The notes below the pieces were generated by a model that worked only from the letters and a program-made list of their open reading frames with translations, was not told where the DNA came from and searched no databases. A DNA stretch of 64,000 bases from Macrostomum lignano (taxonomy: Eukaryota): assembly GCA_002269645.1 (NCBI GenBank), contig NIVC01000292.1, forward strand, positions 496,001 through 560,000, given 5' to 3'. The stretch's first letter is position 1, and each line of letters opens with the position of its first letter. Shown here one piece after another: positions 19,618-31,597 of this stretch. Both the position numbers and the translations under genes were made by a program.

Positions 19618-20280
19618 CCTTTTAGTGTGTCCCTGCAATTTCCCTTCAGTGTGTCCCTGCAATTTCCCTTCAGTGTGTCCCTGCAATTTCCCTTCAGTGT
19701 GTCCCTGCAATTTCCCTTCAGTGTGTCCCTGCAATTTCCCTTCAGTGTGTCCCTGCAATTTCCCTTTAATATGTCCCTGAAATCTCCCTTCAGCGTCTCC
19801 CTGCAATTTCCCTTCATTGTGTCCCTGCAATGTCCCTTCAGTGTGTCCCTGCAATGTCCCTTCAGTGTGTCCCTGCAATGTCCCTTCAGTGTGTCCCTGC
19901 AATGTCCCTTCAGTGTGTCCCTGCAGTTTCCCTTCATTGTGTCCCTGCAATTTCCCTTCAGCGTCTCCCTGCAATTTTCCTTCAGTGTGTCCCTGCAATT
20001 TCCCTTCAGTGTGTCCCTGCAATCTCCTTTCATTGTCTCCCTGCACAGTGTCTCCCTGCAATCCCCCTTCATTGTCTCCCTTCATTGTCTCCCTGCACAG
20101 AGTGTCCCTGCAATGTCCCTTCAGTGTGTCCCTGCAATTTCCCTTCAATATGTCCCTGCAATCCTCCTTCATTGTGTCCCTGCAATCTCCTTTCATTGTC
20201 TCCCGGCACAGTGTCTCCCTGCAATCCCCCTTCATTGTCTCCCTGCACAGAGTGTCCCTTCAATTTCCCTACATTGTCTT
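19618..20280. repeat. 24-bp minisatellite (CCCTTCAGTGTGTCCCTGCAATTT), degenerating to the right
   Basis: Direct inspection. Confidence 0.92.
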
Positions 20281-21253
20281 CCCGCAGTCTCCCTTCAATC
20301 AGCCAATCATGCTCGCCATCTCAGCACAGCCGAGCACTTTTGCTTCAAGGCCGCAGAGTCTTGAACCCAAGCGAGCCGAATCCAGTAGCAAAATGCCAAT
20401 GTAGGGAAGTCAGAGCTGCTACACTGGCAATTCTTTTAATCTCGTCCTGCATCCCCAGCCCTGGGGGCAGCCGGCTCTCCAGTTTCATTCTGCTCATCAT
20501 CAAATTGATGCTTAATCTCGATTTCCTCTCTGCCTCCCTGTTGTCCAACTGGCTAGCGCAGCCGTCTCAAAGCCAGCCCAGTCGGCAGGGGTATCGGGTT
20601 CGCCGTGTTGTCGCCGTCGCCGAGGCCAATTCGTCACGGACGTCGATCGCCCCGGGTCCAGCTGGCTGCTGCGCCGCTTGCAGTCGGGCCCGTAGGCGCG
20701 GACTCTGGGAGGGGAAATCTGGCACTCCTCAGATGGGGAGACGGGCTGGCAGCGTGACTCGGCATCACCTCCGGCCGGCTGCTCAGCCCTGAGCCGCGCA
20801 CGCTACTGCGGGACACGCGGCCCGCTCGATGCGCTGAAGGAGGCGGCAGGGGGGGGGGGGGCAGCCGCCCGCGTATCGCCTTTCGCGCTGCCCCTGTTGC
20901 AGATTCGTTTAAGCGCCGAGTTCGTCATCGGATCAGGCATCCAGCGGAGGCTGGGACCCCTCCACCCCCCCACCTACCGCTAATCCGTGGCAACTCGACT
21001 CTCCGCCCTCCCAGCCCGGCCAAGGATTACCTTTAGAGGGAATCTGGATCGTCCAGAGAGTCTGACTGTTTCAAAGCCTTCATTTTCATACAGGGTTAGG
21101 GTGACCCGCTATTTTCCTGAGCTTCTACTTGCTCGCTGACTGACGCCTCAATATCCTTCAGTCGGGTGTCTGAACCGAATTCATGCATAGCAAGTGTCCT
21201 CGGCACAAGTTCAAATCCTAATGCTCCAAGTACATGTAATTGCCCATAATTTA

Positions 21254-21436
21254 AACCGACAGCTCTGAATGCTGCGTACGGCTGTTCATTCCAAGGACCC
21301 TCAATTACCTCAGCTGAAGCAATGCAGAGTCAAATGTCTCGCTCAAGGACACAAATTTTTACGAGTAGGTCGAGTGAATCGAACCCCTGACCCTTCAGTC
21401 GTAAGTCCGACGCTCTAACCACTAGGCCACAACCCC
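21254..21436 (-). mobile_element. tRNA-derived, CORE-like SINE copy 1 (internally shortened)
   Basis: rc reads GGGGTTGTGGCCTAGTGGTTAGAGCGTCGGAC…GGTTCGATTC (A and B boxes), then TGTGTCCTTGAGCGAGACATTTGACTCTGCATTGC. The tail GTCCTTGGAATGAACAGCCGTACGCAGC…GAGCTGTCGGTT is shared with copy 2. Confidence 0.8.
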
Positions 21437-22702
21437 TTACTTAACTCTGCTCATAAAGGGACATCTGTTGATAAAATAAATACAGAAAACAGCTGCCATA
21501 GTCGCCTCATCGTGAATTCTGTGAGAGAAGTTGCAACTCCAGAATCTTCTTGCACTCAGGGTCTCCTTGGCCCGGCTTGCGTGCCGCGCAACAGGCTGCG
21601 CTCAGGCGGAGTTCTCAGATTCTCAGCAGACCCGAGTGCGGCAGGAGGCGCGCAACTTGCTGCTGCTATTCGAGTTGCTTGCTGAAAGCATTCGCTCTGA
21701 TTTTCCCTACATTCGGAGTTGTTTACACTGCGTATGCATGCCGAGCATCAGTGCTGCCTGCGGGGCCTAATTGTGCTCTGGTGCGTCTTCGCATGAAGTC
21801 GGGTACGGGGCTGAGTAACTCAGTGCCACGGCCGCTTGGCGGGTTCCGTGCGAGGCTTGTCGTGCGATTTGCACCGTGAGGGCCAACCCCCCAAGGACAG
21901 AATCGTCTCACCGCTAGTGGTGTGAGTAGGATGAGGGTCAGGAGATACTCAAGGTAATCGGCGATTAACCAAGTCAATGAGTCAAGTTAAAAAAGTCGAA
22001 ATCGTTTCCTGGTGAACTGCAGGACAGAGAGACTGTTTCTCTTTTTGTTTGCACCAACACCAGACAGCCGTGGCTTTCTATGAAGTTTTTTCATCATTTC
22101 GCTGAAAGAGGATTCCGCTCTCCAGCTTCGAGGTCGTGACCCCTTGCACTGGCCGTGAGCACACCGGGAACCTACAAGGGAACTGCGGATTTACACTTCT
22201 CTGTTTCATCGAAAGCTCGGCTTTGATCTCTGGTCTCTACGGCAGTTTTTTCGATTGCAGTCTCAGGTGGGGCGCATCCGAGTGGCTCTTTCACTCGGGC
22301 CTTCGCCAGGCTTTTAAGTCGCCAATTGCCCTTCTCTAGGCACGCAGCTGCGGGCCGGAGTGCCGCCTTAGTTTCGGACCGGCTCATTAAATAATGCATC
22401 ATCTGGTCATCGCACGCTCCACTCGGGACCCGCTGGTCCCGCGCTGCTGCAGCTGTATGCAAATCCAGCTCGCCGTGCAGCCCGAGTCCATTCCGCTCTG
22501 TCCTCTTCTCCGATTTTCTCCGCTTCGGTGATCGATTGGGTGATTTTTCTCCTCCCTGGGTGGTTGCTTTGTGCGAGTTGAGATCGTCGGCTGTCTTGAG
22601 CTCTGAATGTTTGCATTGGAATTGAGAACTTTTGCTTGGGAAGGTTGTTGTTTTAATGCCAGAAGGATGGGGGCTGATGCTGTCGAGTGCGTTTCAGGGT
22701 AG

Positions 22703-23411
22703 GGGCGGATGCTGTCGAATGCATTTCAGGACAGGGGGCGGATGCTGTCAAATGCATTTCAGGACAGGGGGCGGATGCTTTCGAATGCATTTCAGGACAG
22801 GGGGCGGATGCTGTCGAATGCATTTCAGGACAGGGGGCGGATGCTGTCGAATGCATTTCAGGACAGGGGGCGGATGCTGTCGAATGCATTTCAGGACAGG
22901 GGGCGGATGCTGTCGAATGCATTTCAGGACAGGGGGCGGATGCTTTCGAATGCATTTCAGGACAGGGGGCGGATGCTGTCAAATGCATTTCAGGACAGGG
23001 GGCGGATGCTGTCGAATGCATTTCAGGACAGGGGGCGGATGCTGTCGAATGCATTTCAGGACAGGGGGCGGATGCTTTCGAACGCATTTCAGGACAGGGG
23101 GCGGATGCTGTCGAATGCATTTCAGGACAGGGGGCGGATGCTGTCGAATGCATTTCAGGACAGGGGGCGGATGCTTTCGAATGCATTTCAGGACAGGGGG
23201 CGGATGCTGTCGAATGCATTTCAGGACAGGGGGCGGATGCTGTCGAATGCATTTCAGGACAGGGGGCGGATGCTGTCGAATGCATTTCAGGACAGGGGGC
23301 GGATGCTTTCGAATGCATTTCAGGACAGGGGGCGGATGCTGTCGAATGCATTTCAGGACAGGGGGCGGATGCTGTCGAATGCATTTCAGGACAGGGGGCG
23401 GATGCTGTCGA
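22703..23411. repeat. 33-bp minisatellite (GCGGATGCTGTCGAATGCATTTCAGGACAGGGG)
   Basis: Direct inspection; about 21 units. Confidence 0.96.
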
Positions 23412-23459
23412 ATAAGTTTTAGGGTAGGTGCGAATGCTGTTGGGTTTTTTATGACAGTA

Positions 23460-23722
23460 GGGGTTGTAGCCTAGTGGTTAGAGCGTCGGACTCACGATTT
23501 GAAGGTCAGGGGTTCGATTCCTGATCCCACTGGAACAATTTGTGCCCTTAAGCAAAACACTTAACTCTGCATTGCTCCAGTTCACCCAGCTGTAAAATGG
23601 GCGCCAGCGTTAGCTTGGGAAATTGAAGGTGTGTGGCGCCCCCCCCCCCCAGTCCTTGGACTGAACAGCCATACGCAGCCTTCAGATGCGCCGCGCAATA
23701 GCTGCGGCTGAGCTGTCGGTTG
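23460..23722 (+). mobile_element. tRNA-derived, CORE-like SINE copy 2
   Basis: A box TAGCCTAGTGG (23467-77) and B box GGTTCGATTCC (23511-21), then TGTGCCCTTAAGCAAAACACTTAACTCTG…CAGCTGTAAAATGGG, which resembles the CORE domain of CORE-SINEs. The acceptor stem does not close as in a true tRNA. Confidence 0.82.
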
Positions 23723-24024
23723 CATGGGGAAGGTATAGTAGATTTTTTATTAAATATTGTTAATTATTATTATGAGAGGCTGCTGACGCAAAGAAAGGCT
23801 TCAAAGGGGCTGCAGTCAATCAGGCTTTGCTGCTGACATCTTAGGCTGAAGAAGTTTTTTAGCCAATCAGGACAATCCACGGGCTGATGATGAAGCAGAT
23901 TGGCTGCCCAGTGAGGCTGGGCCGAGCCCCAGCAGTAAAAGCCGCTGCCCGATCGCACCGGATTCCAAGAAAGCCCGAACCGCCTCGCCTTGCTGGCAGA
24001 ATTGCGCTGAACTCAGAGCCGGGC

Positions 24025-27000
24025 ATGACGGCCTGCCAGAGCCCCGGAGAGGCCGCGCCGCCCTCCGCCATCTACCGGTGGGTGAAGTGCACCAACAACA
24101 CGGCGCTGATCCGCTTCATGCAGGCCAACGAGCAGCGGATGCTGGACCAGATGAAGCAGGAGCTGCCCGCCATGCTCGGCCTCGCCGCCGCCTTCGCCGT
24201 CCTCATCGTGGCGGGCGGCCTGGCGAACTTCCTGCTGGCCGGCGCCCTCTGCTCACGGCGGGCGCTGCGCTCCAACTCGCACGGCCTGTTCGTGCTCAAC
24301 CTGGCCTGCTCGGACCTGCTGCTCTGCCTCATCACCCAGCCGCTCAACCTCATGCAGCTGCTGCAGAGTCAGTATGGCTGGCCCTATGGAGAGCCGCTGT
24401 GCAAGGCTGCCAGCCTGCTGACCGGCCTGAACCTCTTCGTCTCCACCTTCTCCGTCAGCGCCGTGGCTCTGGAGCGCTTCCGGGTAGGCAAAGAGCTGAT
24501 GACGTCATCGGTGGATTGGCCAAAAAATGTTTTTTTCGAATAATGGGACTAGAGTGACATTGTGTATGCTGGGACTAGAGTGACATTATGTATGCTGGGA
24601 CTAGAGTGACATTATGTATGCTGGGACTAGAGTGACATTATGTATGCTGGGACTAGAGTGACATTGAGCATGCTGGGACTAGAGTGACATTGAGCATGCT
24701 GGGACTAGAGTGACATTGAGCATGCTGGGACTAGAGTGACATTGAGCATGCTGGGACTAGAGTGACATTGAGCATGCTGGGACTAGAGTGACATTGTGTA
24801 TGCTGGGACTAGAGTGACATTGAGCATGCTGGGACTAGAGTGACATTGAGCATGCTGGGACTAGAGTGACATTGAGCATGCTGGGACTAGAGTGACATTG
24901 AGCATGCTGGGACTAGAGTGACATGGAGAAATCTGGGACTAGAGTGATATGAGCATGCTGGGACTAGAGTGACATTGAGCATGCTGGGACTAGAGTGACA
25001 TGGAGAAATCTGGGACCAGAGTGACACTGAGCATGCTGGGACTAGAGACCAGAGTGACATGGAGAAATCTGGGACCAGAGTGACATTGAGCATGCTGGGA
25101 CTAGAGACCAGAGTGACATGGAGAAATCTGGGACCAGAGTGACATTGAGCATGCTGGGACTAGAGTGACACTGAGCATGCTGGGGAATAGAGAGAATGGC
25201 ATCACATGGCTGGCCATCCTGACTCAAGTCTTGAGAGCAGATTTGTCTGTTCTGCAACCTTTCTGGCCGCTTGTCGCTCAAAGTTAAACTCTGAATTGCA
25301 AACAGAGCAAGTAGGAAATCTGCTGCCTTAGAAAAGCTTTCTCGTTCAGTCCTCCCAGCCTCTTCCTGCACCAGGATTTGGAGCGGGTGGGGGATTTGGG
25401 ATGCTGGAAGGGAAATTGTGCAGCCGCTTGTCGGCCCTTCCGGTCCCGGGAGAATCCGAACACAGAGTGCTGGGAGCTTCTCTCGCCGCTGAATCAACAG
25501 TGCCGCGTCTTGGATTCTTGGATTATCAACAGTGGCCCCCTGCTTTGATAGAGAGCCGCTTCTTCAGTCCTGCGTGTTGGATTCAACTACTGTAAATCTT
25601 AGGACCTGGCAGGAGCATTTATTGAAACTTTTCCCAGTGTGCGTTGACGGTGCAGTCAAAAATTTCCTTTGACAAAGAACAACTGACATCGTTTGGGTCT
25701 TTTTTTCTTTGCTGTCTGGGATTAAAATGCATGCGCAATTTAACAATCGTAGGCATGGGTGACAACAGCAGAGCTGCAATTTAACAATCGTAGGCATGGG
25801 TGACAACAGCAGAGCTGCAATTTAACAATCGTAGGCATGGGTGACAACATCGGGACTGCACTTTAACAATCGTAGGCATGGGTGACAACATCGGGACTGC
25901 ACTTTAACAATCGTAGGCATGGGTGACAACATCGGGACTGCACTTTAACAATCGTAGGCATGGGTGACAACATCGGGACTGCACTTTAACAATCGTAGGC
26001 ATGGGTGACAACATCGGGACTGCACTTTAACAATCGTAGGCATGGGTGACAACAGCAGAGCTGCAATTTAACAACCGTAGGCATGGGTGACAACAGCAGA
26101 GCTGCAATTTAACAACCAAAGCTCTCGAGTCGGTCCGCGACGGCCCTGGCGAGAATATTTTGGGTGGGAATATTGGCCTCGGACCAAAATAAAGCAAGAG
26201 ACGACGTACCCACTGTGATGTGTGCCTGGGTTTTATGACCCGGATGCCACTTGACCCCGCAGACCATCGTTCACCCCTCGGCGGGCGCTCTGCCGATCCT
26301 GCGCTGCCGTGTGGTGGTGCTGGGCATCTGGGCTCTGGGCCTGCTCATGGCCTCTCCAATGGCGCTGATGTCGCAGGTGACTGAGAACGAGATGATCATC
26401 AGCAGGCAGGAGTGGCTGTGCATCGAGAACATGAGCCAGCACTGGACGCAGCTCAAGGTGGCTTACAGCGGCGTCACCCTGGCCGTGCAGTTCCTCATCC
26501 CCCTGCTGGTGCTGGCCGTGGCGCACGCCAGAATCTCCCGCTTCCTCCGGCGTCGCCTAACGGGCGTGGGTGTCGGCGCGGGAGCCGCCAGCGTCGGCGC
26601 CCCGCTGACGTCGCAGCAGACGCCGGCCGTGACAGTCAGCGAGTACCGGAAGCAGCGCTGCGCCCTTGAGGCGCGACGCCAGGCCCGAGCCAAGGCGCTA
26701 CTGGTGGCCACGGTGGCCGTGTTCGCGGTCTGCTGGTGCCCCCTCACCATCGCCAACATCCGGCTAGACGTGCAGACTCTGCTGGACTCAGGCAGCGGCA
26801 AGAGAAGCGACGGTGGCGGCGGCGGCGGCAGCGGCGGTGACGGCGATGGTGCCGGAGGCGCTACGCACATCCGCATTGGTCAGGGCGTCTGCCTGCTGAT
26901 GGTGCTGCTGTCCGCCTGCGCCAACCCGCTGCTGCACGGCTGCTGCAACCGCAACCTGCGCAAGGAGCTGCGCCGCTGCCTGTGCAGCCGCTGCCGCAGC

Positions 27001-27111
27001 CGCAGCCGCAGCGCCGCCCAGCCGGTGACGATCGCCCTGGCCGAGAAGCGGTCCCGGCACGGCGAGGTCGCCGTCGAAGAGTTGAAGAATGGCGACGCAG
27101 AGATTGAGTAG
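24025..27111 (+). CDS. Rhodopsin-class neuropeptide GPCR (NPY/NPF/RFamide-receptor-like)
   Basis: Exon 24025-24483 (an upstream in-frame ATG at 23887 is possible) plus exon 26263-27111; CGG|GTAGGC ... ccgcag|ACC gives ALERFR-TIVHP. Motifs: TM1 GGLAN, TM2 NLACSDLLLC, TM3 Cys (PLCK), ECL2 Cys (WLCIE), TM5 QFLIPL, TM6 FAVCWCPL, TM7 SACANPLLHG, and a Cys-rich helix 8. Confidence 0.88.
24544..25182. repeat. 26-bp minisatellite (GGGACTAGAGTGACATTGAGCATGCT), GPCR intron
   Basis: Direct inspection. Confidence 0.94.
25725..26113. repeat. 41-bp minisatellite (TTTAACAATCGTAGGCATGGGTGACAACATCGGGACTGCAC), GPCR intron
   Basis: Direct inspection; two unit variants. Confidence 0.94.
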
Positions 27112-28733
27112 ATGTAGATGGGCTGAGAGTTGAGTAGATGTCTATGGACTGAGAGTTGAGTAGATGTCTATGGGCTGAGAGTTGAGTAGATGTAGATGGA
27201 CTGAGAGTTGAGTAGATGTCTATGGACTGAGAGTTGAGTAGATGTCTATGGACTGAGAGTTGAGTAGATGTCTATGGGCTGAGAGTTGAGTAGATGTAGA
27301 TGGACTGAGAGTTGAGTAGATGTAGATGGACTGAGAGTTGAGTAGATGTCTATGGACTGAGAGTTGAGTAGATGTCTATGGACTGAGAATTGAGTAGATG
27401 TCTATGGACTGAGAGTTGAGTAGATGTCTATGGACTGAGAGTTGAGTAGATGTCTATGGACTGAGAGTTGAGTAGATGTCTATGGACTGAGAGTTGAGTA
27501 GATGTCTATGGACTGAGAGTTGAGTAGATGTCTATGGACTGAGAGTTGAGTAGATGTCTATGGACTGAGAGTTGAGTAGATGTCTATGGACTGAGAATTG
27601 AGTAGATGTCTATGGACTGAGAGTTGAGTAGATGTCTATGGACTGAGAGTTGAGTAGATGTCTATGGGCTGAGAGTTGAGTAGATGTAGATGGACTGAGA
27701 GTTGAGTAGATGTAGATGGACTGAGAGTTGAGTAGATGTCTATGGACTGAGAGTTGAGTAGATGTCTATGGACTGAGAATTGAGTAGATGTCTATGGACT
27801 GAGAGTTGAGTAGATGTCTATGGACTGAGAGTTGAGTAGATGTCTATGGACTGAGAGTTGAGTAGATGTCTATGGACTGAGAGTTGAGTAGATGTCTATG
27901 GACTGAGAGTTGAGTAGATGTCTATGGACTGAGAGTTGAGTAGATGTCTATGGGCTGAGAGTTGAGTAGATGTAGATGGACTGAGAGTTGAGTAGATGTC
28001 TATGGACTGAGAGTTGAGTAGATGTCTATGGACTGAGAATTGAGTAGATGTCTATGGACTGAGAGTTGAGTAGATGTAGATGGACTGAGAGTTGAGTAGA
28101 TTTTGATGGACTGAGAGTTGAGTAGATGTCTATGGACTGAGAGTTGAGTAGATGTCTATGGACTGAGAGTTGAGTAGATGTAGATGGACTGAGAGTTGAG
28201 TAGATTTAGATGGACTGAGAGTTGAGTAGATGTAGATGGACTGAGTGTTGAGTAGATGTCTATGGACTGAGAGTTGAGTAGATGTCTATGGGCTGAGAGT
28301 TGAGTAGATGTCTATGGACTGAGAGTTGAGTAGATGTAGATGGACTGAGAGTTGAGTAGATGTAGATGGACTGAGAGTTGGGTAGATGTCTATGGACTGA
28401 GAGTTGAGTAGATGTAGATGGACTGAGAGTTGAGTAGATGTCTATGGACTGAGAGTTGAGTAGATGTAGATGGGCTGAGAGTTGAGTAGATGTCTATGGA
28501 CTGAGAGTTGAGTAGATGTCTATGGGCTGAGAGTTGAGTAGATGTCTATGGACTGAGAGTTGAGTAGATGTCTATGGACTGAGAGTTGAGTAGATGTCTA
28601 TGGACTGAGAGTTGAGTAGATGTAGATGGACTGAGAGTTGAGTAGATGTCTATGGACTGAGAGTTGAGTAGATGTCTATGGACTGAGAGTTGAGTAGATG
28701 TCTATGGACTGAGAGTTGAGTAGATGTCTATGG
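27101..28733. repeat. 26-bp minisatellite (GAGTTGAGTAGATGTCTATGGACTGA) beginning at the GPCR stop codon
   Basis: Direct inspection; about 62 units. Confidence 0.96.
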
Positions 28734-29253
28734 ACATGATGACATGTTGAGTAAATGTCTATAGACCGTTCTTATAGATGATCAATTGATGCGGAATGAT
28801 GAAGCTAGTCGGTGGATTTTCAGAGTAACTGGCCCTAGTGGGTCAGCGTCATTCCTCGAGTCAGCTGCAGCGCACAATGCTGTGATTGGATAGCAGCTCG
28901 GAGCTGCGCTAGAAGTACATTTGCATCGGCTGCCACACCTGGGCAACTTATGGCCAGGTATATATTTATTAAATCGTTTTTTCTTTTCTTTTTTTTCAAT
29001 AAACGGACATTACTTTGGACTCGTAAGATATTGTCCTGTCCCTTAGAATGTCGTCATTTGAGTCATGTCTGTCCGAACTGTGCGCTTGAAACTGCCAGCA
29101 GATATTTTTCCCATTTTTCTTTGATATTTTTTGCCGGAAACAAAATCGCAGATTGCTTGATTCCCATCAAACAGAATTGTTAATCATTCAATATTTCCAT
29201 TTTCTCTGTTTCATTCAACAATTAATTTATGTCCGTATGTGTTCCCAGCGTAC

Positions 29254-29806
29254 TCCCCAATGCACCACCGTGATCCTGTTCAACTGAGCTGCATGACATC
29301 CCCAATGCACCACCGTGATCCTGTTCAACTCAGCTGCATGACATCCCCAATGCACCACCGTGATCCTGTTCAACTCAGCTGCATAACATCCCCAATGCAC
29401 CACCGTGATCCTGTTCAACTCAGCTGCATGACATCCCCAATGCACCACCGTGATCCTGTTCAACTCAGCTGCATGACATCCCCAATGCACCACCGTGATC
29501 CTGTTCAACTCAGCTGCATGACATCCCCAATGCACCACCGTGATCCTGTTCAACTGAGCTGCATGACATCCCCAATGCACCACCGTGATCCTGTTCAACT
29601 CAGCTGCATAACATCCCCAATGCACCACCGTGATCCTGTTCAACTCAGCTGCATGACATCCCCAATGCACCACCGTGATCCTGTTAAACATCCCCAATGC
29701 ACCACCGTGATCCTGTTCAACTCAGCTGCATGACATCCCCAATGCACCACCGTGATCCTGTTAAACATCCCCAATGCACCACCGTGATCATGTTCAACTC
29801 AGCTGA
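29254..29806. repeat. 45-bp minisatellite (CCCCAATGCACCACCGTGATCCTGTTCAACTCAGCTGCATGACAT)
   Basis: Direct inspection. Confidence 0.95.
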
Positions 29807-30644
29807 TCTCCCTAATGCACCGCAGTCGGGTCACAGCTCATGTTTAACCAGTTTTCATGTTTGCTTTGCTTCTGTGCAGTCCAAGCTTTAAAGCACCTGG
29901 CCGCTGCGCCCCTCTGATCATCATAAACTATTAATGGAGCACCGCTGCTGCCTACACGCTTCTGCTTTTACCGTGGCCGGTTTTTGCCGGCCATTTCGCC
30001 CTCGCGCCGCCGAACAAAAGCCGCCGCAAGCAGCCTCGCGTCCTGCTCTGTAGCGGGGCGCCTCTGTGTTGTTCGCCCCTCCCCGCTCACCGCAGCCCCC
30101 CCCCCCCCCCCACTGTCTGAAAGCGAGTCGCCAGCAATCCAATTATGCGGCAGCAATTTGCCCCGGAACACGGCGGCCTCTCGTCCTCCTTGATTTCCCA
30201 GCCTCCTAGCTCCTAGCGTCATCCAAGAGTTTTGAGTCGAATACACGAATGAACGGAACGCGAGAGCCGATCGTAGGAAAATGCTGGAAAGCTTAAAGTA
30301 CACAAGGCGGAACTGACTGCCCGCTAATGCGGCTTTGCTATCGACTCGAAGTTCTCCTGTGTTTGAGTTTCTGATTTTTCGAAACTGCACCATTGCCTGC
30401 GCCCGTTCTCTTGCCACAGTCAGAATGAGCTCAGTCGAGTATCTTTAAACAGGTGCAGTTAAGTAAAGGTAACAATTTTTCCAAGAAAGAGTTTCGAAAA
30501 AAGTTTCTCTGAGGTTCGCTCTCGAAGCTTTAGTTTGCTTTACATGCAAGTCTGGCTATCACAGAAATGCGCTCTGATCTGCGCCCTTTTCTTGAGACCA
30601 ATTGACGTTAAAAGAAATGCTTCGTAACAGCACCTGGCCTGTAA

Positions 30645-31391
30645 GCTGACACAGTCAGTGAGAATGCTCGGCCTAAGGGAAGGGCTGACACAGTCAGTGA
30701 GAATGCTCGGCCTAAGGGAAGGGCTGACACAGTCAGTGAGAATGCTCGGTCTAAGGGAAGGGCTGACACAGTCAGTGAGAATGCTCGGTCTAAGGGAAGG
30801 GCTGACACAGTCAGTGAGAATGCTCGGCCTAAGGGAAGGGCTGACACAGTCAGTGAGAATGCTCGGCCTAAGGGAAGGGCTGACACAGTCAGTGAGAATG
30901 CTCGGCCTAAGGGAAGGGCTGACACAGTCAGTGAGAATGCTCGGCCTAAGGGAAGGGCTGACACAGTCAGTGAGAATGCTCGGCCTAAGGGAAGGGCTGA
31001 CACAGTCAGTGAGAATGCTCGGCCTAAGGGAAGGGCTGACACAGTCAGTGAGAATGCTCGGCCTAAGGGAAGGGCTGACACAGTCAGTGAGAATTCTCGG
31101 CCTAAGGGAAGGGCTGACACAGTCAGTGAGAATGCTCGGTCTAAGGGAAGGGCTGACACAGTCAGTGAGAATGCTCGGCCTAAGGGAAGGGCTGACACAG
31201 TCAGTGAGAATGCTCGGCCTAAGGGAAGGGCTGACACAGTCAGTGAGAATGCTCGGCCTAAGGGAAGGGCTGACACAGTCAGTGAGAATGCTCGGCCTAA
31301 GGGAAGGGCTGACACAGTCAGTGAGAATGCTCGGCCTAAGGGAAGGGCTGACACAGTCAGTGAGAATGCTCGGCCTAAGGGCTGACACAGC
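30645..31391. repeat. 39-bp minisatellite (GCTGACACAGTCAGTGAGAATGCTCGGCCTAAGGGAAGG)
   Basis: Direct inspection; about 19 nearly identical units. Confidence 0.96.
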
Positions 31392-31556
31392 TTCATAAAC
31401 AAACTAATATTCTAAATGGTGGGCGAGTAACAAAGAATATAAAGACACTTCAATCTCAGACAAAACTGTAGACTCAATGACTTGAATAGCAATAACGCTG
31501 ACACTGGCAGGTCGTCGGTCTATCAAGAAGCGGATGGCGTATTTATCAAATATGAC

Positions 31557-31597
<41 letters not shown>

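Noticed and set aside
20345-20816. GC-rich minus-strand ORFs (MDNREAERKSRL…)
   Set aside because: The frames are short and closed by nearby stops, with no recognisable domain and no convincing splice sites.
23460-23535. tRNA gene (and the copy at 21365-21436)
   Set aside because: A and B boxes are present, but the acceptor stem does not pair and the sequence continues into a shared SINE body.
29968-30417. 149-aa minus-strand ORF and nearby ORFs at 31482-31845, including an (AGC)~11 tract
   Set aside because: No recognisable family and no GC3 bias like the true exons; the poly-Ala comes from a microsatellite.
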